A DNA stretch of 64,000 nucleotides, taken from assembly GCA_052327205.1 (NCBI GenBank), contig CM126205.1, positions 250,170,001-250,234,000 on the forward strand. Direction: 5' to 3'. Both the position numbers and the translations under genes were made by a program. The notes beneath the pieces were generated by a model, which was not told where the DNA came from, made no database searches, and worked only from the letters and a program-made list of their open reading frames with translations. Numbering within the stretch: position 1 is the first letter of the stretch; every line of letters begins with the position of its first letter. Source of the stretch: Somniosus microcephalus (Eukaryota). Shown piece by piece: positions 1 through 10,905 of this stretch.

Positions 1-15
1 AAGTAAATGTTTTAC

Positions 16-120
16 CCAGTCTCTTTATGCATCCTCCTTTTTTATTTCTGCTATGATGTGTGCTAATGTCAACAGAGGCCTCTTCCTCTATTTCAAAATC
101 CATGGATAGCTTACAAGTGC
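16..120 (-). CDS. Candidate coding exon of an unidentified host gene (..TCKLSMDFEIEEEASVDISTHHSRNKKGGCIKRL..)
   Basis: The minus strand reads acceptor ttttgtgtttaag|, then 105 bp with an open phase 1-1 frame containing TCC-ATG-G, then donor G|gtaaaa. The sequence is non-repetitive, and I do not recognise a homologue. Confidence 0.35.
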
Positions 121-599
121 CTTAAACACAAAAAGGCCAAATATAATTAACTGTATTGTATGTATTCATAATATAAAGTTATTTGCCTTTCTAGTTAGCA
201 TAACAAACTAGTCTCAAAAATAAATAAAATGAACACTGCTAGTTACAATCGGACGTAGTAAACGTAAATTAGGAGCTATTCAATCACAATTTCCAGAAGT
301 CAATTTTATTTTATTTGATGGCCCACAATTACACTTATCCATTAATAAGCCACGTCATTACTCTTTTGCTACATTTAGTTTGCAATTTATTGAATACTGG
401 GCTTAATTTCTGTTTGGTTTCAGTTTGTTACCCCTGGGATGTCCTCTTAGCTACCTCCAGTAATATTACAGATTTGTGAACAAATATGGCATCACTGAAC
501 ATCATAGCCTAGAAATTGCTCTAAATTCATTATTGATAAATAAACTGTAGGTTACTAAGTTTCTGAAATAATCTGCTACTGCTGGTTTACCAACAGGTA

Positions 600-1095
600 C
601 CAATAAGTAATCAAAAAGGCTAATGGAATGTTGACCTTTATCTCAAGAGCATTGGAATTCAAAAGTGAGAAAGTGATGCTTCACAAAGCCAAAATACTGC
701 GCATGCTGGAATTGTGCAGAGTTTTGGTCAGACCCCGTTAGCTGTATTGTGTTCAGTTTTGGGCACCGAACCTCAGGAATGATAAACTTGGCTTGTATTC
801 CCTTGATTTTAGATGGTTGAGGGTGATCTAATTGAGGTGTTTAAAATGATAAGAGAGACATACTATGTCCTCTGGTGGGGGAATCCAGAACAAGGGGACA
901 TAATTTTAAAATTAGAGCTAGGCCATTTAGGAGTGAAATCAGGAAGCATTTTTTTCACACAAAGGGTAGTGGAAATCTGGAACTCTCTCCCCAAAAGGCT
1001 GTGGATGCTGGCTCAATTGAAATTTTCAAGACTGACATCGATAAATTTTAGTTGGGTAAGGGTATCAAGGGATATGGGACAAAGGTGAACAAATG
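600..1095 (+). mobile_element. Decayed CR1 LINE 3' ORF2 fragment with a ~27-bp Penelope-like sliver at ~684-710
   Basis: KKANGML, GDLIEVFKM and FFTQRVVEIWNSLP motifs are present. The insert caaagccaaaatactgcgcatgctgga is the reverse complement of the repeat end seen at ~51875-51902. Confidence 0.8.
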
Positions 1096-1852
1096 GCACA
1101 TATTACTTATAAAATAAGAATCTAAATGGGGTACAGGAGCAAAGGGATTTGGGAGTACAAATACATAAACCACTAAAATTAGCGATGCAGGTTAATAAGG
1201 CCATAAAAAAGCAAACCAAGCACTAGGGTTTATTTCTAGAGAAATAGAATTGAAAAGTAGAGAAGTTATGCTAAATTTGTATCGGACCTTGGTTAGACCA
1301 CATTTGGAGTACTGTGTACAGTTCTGGTCGCCATATTATAAAAAGGATAGCGAGGCACTGGAGAGGGTGCAAAAACGATTTACAAGGATGTTACTAGAAA
1401 TGCGAGGTTATACCTGTCAGGAAAGGAAATACAGGCTGGGTCTCTTTACTCTTGAAAAGAGAAGGCTGAGAGGGGACCTAATAGAGGTCTTTAAAATTAT
1501 GAAAGGTTTTAATAGAGTAGACAGAGAGAGAGAGTGTGTTTCCACTTGTGGGGAAGAGCAGAACTAGAGGCCATCAATATAAGATAGTCACCAAGAAATC
1601 AAATAGGGAATTCGGAAGAAACTTCTTTACCCAGAGAGTGGTGGGAATGTGGAACTCGCTATCACAGGGAGTGGTTGAGGTGAATAGTATAGATGCACTT
1701 AAGTGGAAGCTAGATAAGCATATGTGGGAGAAGGGCATTGAGGGTTATGCTGATAGTTAGATGAGGAAGGCTGGGAGGAGGCTTGAGTGCAGCATAAACG
1801 CCGGCATGGACTGGTTAGGCCGAATGGCCTGTTTCTGTGCCATATATTCTGT
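1096..1852 (+). mobile_element. CR1 LINE 3' end
   Basis: LVRPHLEYCVQFWSP, RGDLIEVFKIMKG and RNFFTQRVVGMWNSL motifs are present, followed by the 3' UTR ggccgaatggcct. Confidence 0.9.
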
Positions 1853-1899
1853 GCTCGGGTTCCTCAGGAGGGGTTATGAGCACAGTCTGCAGGGGATAG

Positions 1900-3015
1900 C
1901 CTTTGTCCCCAATCAGCCAGCTTCTGACCCTATAGTCTTGGTAAAAGTGAAGGGGAATTGAGAACTAGCGCAGGATGAATGCATCATGGCAACTGCCTAA
2001 AACCTGCATGATGTGCTGCATGTTATCACACCAGCCGAACATTCAGCAACAGCAGTTAGGGGAAGCCTACAAATCTTGCAAAGCCCAGACCTGTCTTCCT
2101 GCTTTGTATCCTCCACAGGGAAGCAGATTAATTAATTGACTTTGGTGACCAGCACATACATACCTCACTACTGCAGGCATGCACAGCTGATTGGCTGATG
2201 TTGCAGATGTCGCAGATGTCACCTGCTGGAATGAACCTGAAGCAAAAAAATTCAGGGACACTGATTTCACAACTACAAGCATGGGCGTACAGTTGGTGCT
2301 GCAGCAGGTGACATAGCTCTGTGACAGTCTCCCTAGTAAAGCGGAGCCTCCTCACACACTGCTCCTCGCTGAACTGCAGATCTGAATCTCGAGTGGGGCA
2401 AGACCTCCTAAGAGCTTCTCTCCTTCTGCCTCTTCTCTTTGCAGCTGCAGATCCCTAGACTCTAGCCTGCTTCTCCTCCTCCTGCTCTTCCAGCCACAAT
2501 GGCATTCCAGACACCACACCTCTGAATCCAAACAGAAGTTAGCCAAAAGCCTTTGATCTAAAATCCTCCGTAGACTCATCAAATAACTTTCTGAAACAAT
2601 TACCGTCAGTTCCAGCAGCCAAAACTCACAATTAAAGCTAAAGCAGCACACTAGCAGTCAAAGTAAACTAACCAATGATTTAGCTGAGAGCCCTGGGATC
2701 CCTTTAAATATCACCAGAAAAGGCACCCTCCAGCTGTCCCCGCCTATTATTTCTGTGACCATTGTAGAATTAATGAATAAAATGCCAGAGTTGTTTAAAA
2801 TGGCATTTGGGTCCTTAAACAAGCACAGGACCCTAATTTACATACTTAAATAGGTACCTACCGATTTCAGGAAGGCACACTGGATATCTAAAAGGCCTGA
2901 CCCAAATTAGGTGAATTTTCAGTGTGGAACAGGTGGGGAGATCGTGACCCGATTTGAGTCATAGCTATTATTTTTTAAAAAGGTAAAATAGGCATGCATG
3001 AATGGAATATTCCCC
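1900..3015 (-). mobile_element. Decayed Harbinger transposon with a HARBI1-like transposase N-terminus
   Basis: The ORFs give RRLRFTRETVTELCHLLQ and LNFFASGSFQ..ICNISQSAVH, typical of the HARBI1/Harbinger transposase helix-turn-helix region. Confidence 0.75.
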
Positions 3016-3580
3016 CGCCCTCACTGTCTCAGCTCTAAATACCCAAATTATATGGGGGAAAGAATGCATGGTATGTGCAATGTGGAAACTCACCAACATT
3101 GCTTGTTCTCCACTGGTATAATTGCTAGTTAAGTGGAGAACCAGCCTATTCTAGCCCATTCCTAATGTCATTTATGCACATACTTGTTTTGTAGCACTGG
3201 GCACAGAGTCAACTTCCCTGAAATATTGACGGGATATTAAAGGCAGCTGAAATCTAGGCTAAAAATTTTAAATAAAATGAAGGCTTAAGACAACAAAATA
3301 AAAAGCAAAACTAGACGTGAGACAAGTTCAAAACTTCCTGCATTTGTACAAGTACAACCAATTTTTAAACCAGGTTGTTGCTATCTATATTGGAACTTAT
3401 GAGAAAACATTTTCAAGCATTTCTTGCAGACACCTTGGGTACCTGAAGATAATTGATTTCTTAAAGTATATCAGATAGACAGCTGAAAAAATGATTGTCA
3501 TTTCAACATTCATTAGGTTAGTCAACACTATCAACGATTGTCAAGACAAAATTTTCCCAAAACAAAACTCAACATTTCAC

Positions 3581-3653
3581 CTTTACAGTAAATAACTGCT
3601 CTGTACTCCTCAAAAATGAAAGCTCAGCAGGAGAGAAGAGATGAAAATGCAGA
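3581..3653 (-). other. Candidate internal exon (73 bp)
   Basis: Strong polypyrimidine acceptor ttttcttttcctttttgacag| and donor AAG|gtgaaa. One frame is open (LHFHLFSPAELSFLRSTEQLFTVK). Confidence 0.35.
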
Positions 3654-4769
3654 CTGTCAAAAAGGAAAAGAAAAATCTGGGACAACTGTAACTCACGTTG
3701 TCACTCTCGATACTGCTACTGCTAACCAATATAGTAGATAGTTGCACATAACTAGCTGTAGTTCTACATTATTTGGAACCAAGCAAATATACATATATTT
3801 AAGAGAGCGCCAAATCAAACCCAAGTAACTACATGCCCATTAGCCTTACAGGGTAAAATAATGGGAACTATATTAAGAAGCAAGTTGCAGGTGCACCTGT
3901 GTAGTAATATGTCAATAGATAACAGCATGGATTTAGGAGAAGAAAATTCTGCTCGACACCCTCCTCGACTTCTTGAGGATGTTTCAAATAATTATGACAT
4001 TAATTTAGGATTAGACTCTTTAGATAGTTGACAAGATTACAGCATTGGATAGCCAGTCTATTGAATGGATTAAGTCTATATACGTGTAGTTAGCATTGTT
4101 TCCAAAACTTATATAACCCCAAACTTATGAGGTGGCACAGAAGAACTTCTTCACCTTCCTCTGGGAGGATGATATTAGCCTTCTGTGATTTCAAAGTGAT
4201 GAACTACTGCCTATAGAGGTGCTATCCATTCCTCTATTCCTGGGTAAATTCACTGTCCAGGCTGGTAGCTGTATCTGGACGACCTGGCTTAAATCTCACC
4301 TCTCTTGATCTCAGGGAAACTTGTACATCTAAGAGACACCATTATAGGTGCCTGATTCTGGCTGGTACAGCCGTAGAATCTTCAAGTCTATAACCTTCTC
4401 TCTCTGTCGGAGACACCCTTCTACATATACTATAATAAAATACTACTAAAAAACTAGAATTTAACTAAGAACTACAGACTGAAGACTGAAAACTTAGATC
4501 TGAATCTGACTTTAGTATCAAAAACACTATCTTAAACATCCTTAGTTTCCAGAGCAAGCTCTCCATATCCCAGTGACACATGTTAGAAGTGTTCAGCCCT
4601 TCTGCTGTCAATCACCTCACACAGCCCTGTTGATACTCTTGATGACCTCCAAATCAATGAAGTCCCAGTACCTTGACACACCAGGTTGCCCATTTAATCC
4701 CTAGCTTCAGGCTTTTGGTAACAAAGGGCCTTATGCAGGTCCAGACAATGCACAACATACATGTCCCGG

Positions 4770-4870
4770 GTGCTAGGGTTTGGATGATCAGCCATGATCT
4801 CGTTGAATGGCGGAGCAGGCTCGAAGGGCCGAATGGTCTACTCCTGCTCCTATCTTCTATGTTTCTATGT
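4770..4870 (+). mobile_element. CR1 extreme 3' tail fragment
   Basis: gatcagccatgatctc..ggcggagcaggctcgaagggccgaatgg..(ttctatgt)n, nearly identical to the tail at 13745-13837. Confidence 0.9.
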
Positions 4871-5029
4871 CCCCCTTAATGAGCCATCTCCTGGCCTGTG
4901 GTCTTGAAGGTTCCTCTTCTGTCCCTGGTAAGGAATATTCTGTTTGTATAAGTCTTCGTGGTTAAATTAGCATTAACCATCTCCTTTCCTTAACCTTAGC
5001 ATTCAGTCATACTACTGACTCTACTTTAA

Positions 5030-6942
5030 GGAAAAGACTTGCATTTATATAGCGCCTTTCATGACCACCGGACGTCTCAAAGCCAACGAAGTACTTTTGA
5101 ACGGTAGTCACTGTTGTAATAGAAACATAGAAGATAGGAGCAGGAGTAGGCCATTCAGCCCCTCGAGCCTGCTCCGCCATTCAATGCAATCATGGCTGAT
5201 CATCCAAATTCAGTACCCGGTCCCTGCTTTCTCCCCATACCCCTTGATCCCTTTAGCCTTAAGAAATATATCCAACTCCTTCTTGAATATATTTAATGAA
5301 TTGGCCTCTACTGCCTTCTGTGGTAGAGAATGCCACAGGTTCACCACTCTCTGGGTGAAGAAATTCCTCCTCATTTCTGTCCTAAATGGCCTACCCCTTA
5401 TCCTTAGACTGTGACCGCTGGTTCTGGACTCCCCGACCATCGGGAACATCCTTCCTGCATCTAGTCTGTCCAGTCCTGTCAGAATTTTATAAGTTTCAAT
5501 GAGGTCCCCTCTCATTCTTCTAAACTCCAGCGAGTACAAGCCCAATCGACCCAATCTCTCCTCATACGTCATTCCTGCCATCCCAGGTATCAGCTTGGTG
5601 AATCTTCGCTGAACTCCTTCCATGGCAAGAACATCCTTCCTCAGATAAGGCGACCAAAACTGCACACAATACTCAAGATGTGGTCTCACCAAGGCCCTGT
5701 ACAACTGCAGCAAGACATCCTTGTTCCTGTACTCAAACCCTCTCGCTATGAAGGCCAACATACCATTTGCCTTCTTAACCGCCTGCTGCACCTGCATGCT
5801 TACCTTCAGCGACTGGTGCACAAGGACACCCAGGTCCCGTTGCACTTCCCCTTCTCCCAATCTATTGCCATTCAGATAATAATCTGCCTTCCTGTTTTTG
5901 ACACCAAAGTGGATAACCTCACATTTATCCACTTTATATTGCATCTGCCATGCTTCTGCCCAATCACCCAACCTGTCCAAATCATCCTGGAGTTTCTCGG
6001 CATCCTCCTCACAGCACACACGCCCACCCAGCTTTGTGTCGTCTGCAAATTTGGAGATAATACATCTAGTTCCCTTGTCTAGATCATTAATATATATTGT
6101 GAATAGCTGGGGTCCAAGAACCGATCCCTGTGGTACCCCACTAGTCACTGCCTGCCACTCGGAAAAAGACCCGTTTATTCCAACTCTTTGCTTCCTGTCT
6201 GCCAACCAGTTCTCTATCCAAGTCAATACCTTGCCCCCAATCCCATGTGCCTTAACTTTGCACGCTAATCTCTTATGCGGGACCTTATCAAAAGCTTTCT
6301 GCAAGTCCAAATACACCACATCCACTGGTTCTCCCTTATCTATTTTACCAGCTACATCCTCAAAAAATTCCAGTAGATTAGTCAAGCACGATTTACCTTT
6401 TGTAAATCCATGTTGACTTTGTCCGATCCTGTCACTGTTTTCCAAGTGCTCTGCTATTACATCTTTTATAATGGACTCTAGCATTTTCCCCACTACCGAT
6501 GTCAGGCTTACCGGTCTGTAATTCCCCGTTTTCTCTCTACCACCTTTTTTGAATAGTGGGGTAACATTAGCTAATGTGGGAAACGCGGCAGCCAATTTGC
6601 GCACAGCAAGCTCCCACAAACAGCAATGTGATAATGACCAGATAATCTGTTTTTGTTATGTTGGTTGAGGGATAAGTATTGGCCAGGACACCGGGGATAA
6701 CTCCCCTACTCTTTTTCGAAATAGAAATAGTGCCATGGGATCTTTTATGTCCACCTGAAAGCGCAGACGGGGCCTCGGTTTGTCTCATCCGAAAGACGGC
6801 ACCTCCGACAGTGCAGCACTCCCTCAGCACTGTACTAGAATGTCAGCCTAGCTTTACGTACTCAAGTCCCTGGAGTGGGACTTGAACTCAGAACCTTCTG
6901 ACTCAGAGGCGAGTGTGCTACCAACTGAGCCACAGCTGACAC
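5030..6942 (-). mobile_element. tRNA-derived Deu-domain SINE (SacSINE1-like), split into 5030-5120 and 6572-6942 by a CR1 insertion
   Basis: tRNA-like head with A box tggctcagttgg and B box gagttcaagtccc, a conserved body, and an L2-type tail aaaggcgctatataaatgcaagtc. The halves join seamlessly around a taat duplication. Confidence 0.85.
5121..6571 (-). mobile_element. 5'-truncated CR1 LINE (RT to 3' tail, frame still open)
   Basis: ORF 5210..6619 has NYRPVSLTS, GVPQGSVLGP and FADDTKL, followed by a (ttctatgt) tail. The first ~16 codons of the ORF derive from the SINE. Confidence 0.95.
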
Positions 6943-6945
6943 TAA

Positions 6946-7785
6946 GGGGGTGATTTTCATTCAGAAGTCGGGAAGGAGGCGGGACTACAATTTTCGGGGT
7001 TGTAGTCCCGCCTCCATTGAGAGGCGGCCAATCCATGCGATTTTAACTTGATTGACCTTGTTGAGCCCGCCCAGCGGGCTCAGCAGGCCCATTAAGGGCC
7101 ACCCGGCAACAGGTGATGTCACAGACTGAAATTTCATCTGTCAAGACGTTTTGACAGATGAAATATCAGCATTTCACAACTGTTTGAAGCTGTCAAACAC
7201 TGACAGTCTTATTTCTAACCTGAGTCCTTCTACACAGATTCAGTTAGAAATCTCACCGGCACAGAAAGCTGCAGGCTGTCACTTTTGAGATCGCAGCCAT
7301 TCTGCTTTCTGTGCCGGTTAGATGATGGACTCCCGAAACCTAAAGGAAGGGAGGCTGTAAAGGTAAGTACAGGTAATTTAAACTTCTTTACATACTTTAG
7401 ACACACCAAACACACTTACCTTTGCACTCATGCAGACATCACTCACCTGAACACCGACATCTCGACCCCTCCAAGTCCTTCAACCCGACGGCCCAACTCC
7501 TCTAACTTGGCGTGGTTTGGAGCCGTCGGGAATCCCACACTTCAACCTTAAAATAGGGATTAGGCTAAAAACTGCCTGTTAACTACTTGTTAACAGGCAG
7601 TTAATTGGCACTAATCCCTTGCTGCCTCGGGTAGGCGGGTCCCAGTGCGGGGCGGGTACCCGCCTCCTTTGAAACTTACATGGAGGCGGGTTGGGGGCGG
7701 GATGGGGTCGGGACCCCCGAATTCGGGACTTTAACCCCCCGCACGCCTTCAATCCCGACTCCACGGGTCAATGAAAATTGACCCC
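6946..7785. mobile_element. Non-autonomous Harbinger/PIF-type MITE
   Basis: Imperfect TIRs gggggtgattttcatt / aatgaaaattgacccc, TAA on both flanks (6943-6945, 7786-7788), and several internal hairpins. Confidence 0.8.
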
Positions 7786-7829
7786 TAAGTGTCAGTGTCA
7801 GGAAAGGGCACATTTAAGACAATTTTTAG

Positions 7830-10560
7830 GGCATTTCTCCGACAGTACATAAATAGAATGTTTGATAAGCCACTAGGAGGACTGTAAAAGACTTCAAGGG
7901 GCCACAGACAGGTGGCAGATGCAACTTAATGCAGAGAAATGTGAGGAAATTCATCTTGGGAGGAAGCCCAAGGAAAGGGAGTATACACTCAACAGAAAGA
8001 CACTTAAGGGTGTGGATGCACAGAGATCTGAGAGTTCAAATACATAATTTCTTGAAAATGCAAGTATATAAAACTATAAAAAGCCAATAGCATTTTGGAT
8101 TTAATAAATAGGAGCACAGCGTATAAGAGAAAGCGGTAAAGGTAAATTTATACACGGCAATGGATTGGCCACGGTTAGACTACTGTGTGCAGTTTTGGGT
8201 GCCCCATTACAGAAAGGACATAGAAAATGTTCAGTGTACAGTCACCAGGATAATATCAGGAATGAGAAGGATCAGACACTATCGTTAGGAGGAGAGACTT
8301 GAGATGCTGGGACTATTTTCACAGGAACAGGTGAAGGCTAAGAGGGGTTTTAATACAATTTTTAAAATTTATGAAGGGTTTTGATTGGGTGAACAAGGAA
8401 GGTCTGGTTAGGAAGTCAATGACCAGAGGTCATCAATTTAAAATCATCAGAGAGCAAAATCAAATTTTGTTACAGAGAGTAATCAGAGCATGGAATGCTT
8501 TGGCACAGGAATTAGTTAAGCCAGCGACCATCGCACCTTTTAAGGTAAAGGTTAATAAACTTTGGAACACAGGAAGATACAGGGTTCTGTGGAGAGTAGT
8601 GCAGTGGGATTAGTTTTAGATTGCTCTACAAAGTGTCAGCATAGACAACTGAGCCAAATAATCCCGTCCTGTGCTGTAAACTTCCATAGTTCCCTCAGTA
8701 TTGCCTAAACTATGTGCTCAAATACTGCAGTCGAGTTTGAATGCAGAACCTTCTGACTCAAAGACAAGAGTGCTACCACTGAACCAAAGTGACATTAAAA
8801 GACAGGTTAACACCAGGTGAATACCCTTCCTCAGAACAGAGAAATTATATATACCTAAATTATTAATGTTTCTTCTTTTTACAGATGTTGACAGATCTAT
8901 TGTATATTTCAGGCAATTTTAACTTCCAAAAGGCATTTGATAATGAATGACTACTAATTAAACTAAAATCCAGGATAGAATATAGTACTGGATAAGAATC
9001 AGAAGAGGGATAGTGGACCTGCTAAATGGACTACTGCAGGGCTCAGTGCTTAGACCTCTGATATTTCTTATCTACATAAAAGACGTAGATGCAGAAATCA
9101 GTGGTCAGTTTGTTGAATCTGTAGATGATACTAAAATAGGGAATGCAATAGGGATGGAGGATGGAGTTAGAACTTGTAATATATTTAGATCAGTTGTGCA
9201 AAAGGTGGATAAATGTCAAATTTCATTTAAAACTGCAAAATACAAAGTATTATGCATTGGAAGAATAAACAGATCTAAAATGAAGGATAAATAATTAGCA
9301 CAGGAAGAATTTGAAAGGAACCAATAAGCGACATGAGACTCAGCATTTTCACAATGAAGAGAAGCAATTTTTAAAAAAAATGTTGGGATACATAGCCAGA
9401 ACAGTGGAGTATACTCTTAAGTACTTGGAGAATCGGCATGTAAACAGCAAATTATATCAATATAGATAAGTGTGATGTCATGCATTTTGGTTGGAGAAAT
9501 AAGGAGGCTACATACTCTTTGGAAAATAAGAGTCTAAATGGGCTAGAGGAGCAAAGAGATCTCAGGGTACAGATTCACAAATCATTAAAAGTAGCAACAC
9601 AAGTTAACAAGGCCATTTAAAATGCAAACAAAGCACTGGGGCTCATTTCTAGAGGAATAGAATTGAAAAGCAGAGAAGTTATGTTAAACATATTTAAAAC
9701 TTTAGTTAGACCACACAGAGTACTGTGCACAGTTCTGTTTTCCATATTCCAAAAAAGGATAGAGAGGCACTGGAGAAGGTGCAAAAAAGGATGATACCAG
9801 AACTGAGATTATAGCTTTCAGGAAACACTGAACAGGCTGGGGCTCTTTTCTCTAGAAAAGAGAAGGCTGAGGGGTGACCTAATAGAGCTTCTAAAAATTA
9901 TGATGGGGTTTGACAGAGAAGAAGTAGAGAAAATGTTTCCGCTTGTGGGGGAGTCCAAAATTAGGGGTCATAAATATAAGACAGTCACTAATAAATTCAA
10001 TAAGGAGTTTAGGAGAAACTTCTTTACCCAGATAGAGTAGTTGAGGTGAATGGCATGGAGGCATTGAAGGGAAAGTTAGATAAGTACATGGGGGAGAAAG
10101 GAATAGAAGGATATGCTGAAGGGTTAGATGAAGTAGGATGGGAGGCTCATGTGGAGCATAAACACTTGCATAGGCCATTTGGGCCGAGTGGCCTGTTTCT
10201 ATGCTGTAAATCCTATGTAATTTTATGTAATAAGGTTACAGAGGCAATGCTGAGGCTTTACAATACACTAGTCAGATTTCACTTAGAATACAGTGTATAC
10301 TTCTGGTCCCCACACAGCAAGAGAGAGATTCTGGCATTGAAAAGGGGACAGAGAACAAAAATGACCTCAAGGAGGAACCATGAATAAAGTTTGGGGAAGC
10401 TTAAGCATTATGCTGTAGAGAGAAGACTCACAGAGGTAAAAAAATATTAAAAGGCATGGATAAGGCGAACTCAGAATATTAATTTTAAGCTCAGTCAAGT
10501 CAGTGAATTAGAATAAGATGTAGATTTAGTGAAAAGTACATTTAAAGCAGATCAGAGTGG
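7830..10560 (+). mobile_element. Cluster of old CR1 RT/3' fragments (about four pieces) with a partial Deu-SINE head at ~8690-8795 (-)
   Basis: Degenerate QGSVLRP, DDTKIG and HLEY..FWSP motifs with CR1 3' UTRs. Confidence 0.75.
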
Positions 10561-10755
10561 ATGCATAGCCTTATGAAAAGATGTAATATAGAAATATTAA
10601 TATGGAATTTTAGCAAAAACAATACATTTTAAATGCAACTCCTTGAGCTGCATTCTGAAAGGATCTCCTTTTTCTCAGAGCCTGAGGGTAAAGCAATATG
10701 CAATACTCAGAGAAGAATAGCTGAGGGGGGGGCGGCGGGGGGTGTGCTGACTCAC

Positions 10756-10824
10756 CTCTGTTTTATGTTATTCCCAATAAAGAAAGCCTAATCAGGTCAA
10801 AGCTGTCCTGTTAGTGCCTCCAGT
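10756..10824 (-). other. Candidate non-coding (5' UTR) exon, 69 bp
   Basis: Acceptor tatttcacag| and consensus donor GAG|gtgagt. All three frames contain stops. Confidence 0.45.
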
Positions 10825-10905
10825 CTGTGAAATACTAATATAGACAAGTTTGCCACTGTGAGAAGAAACAAAGCTCATGGCCTGTGGATTGCTATAAGAA
10901 TCCAG

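Noticed and set aside
432-508. Possible additional minus-strand exon
   Set aside because: Its donor phases are incompatible with the open frame of exon 16-120 and the acceptor is weak.
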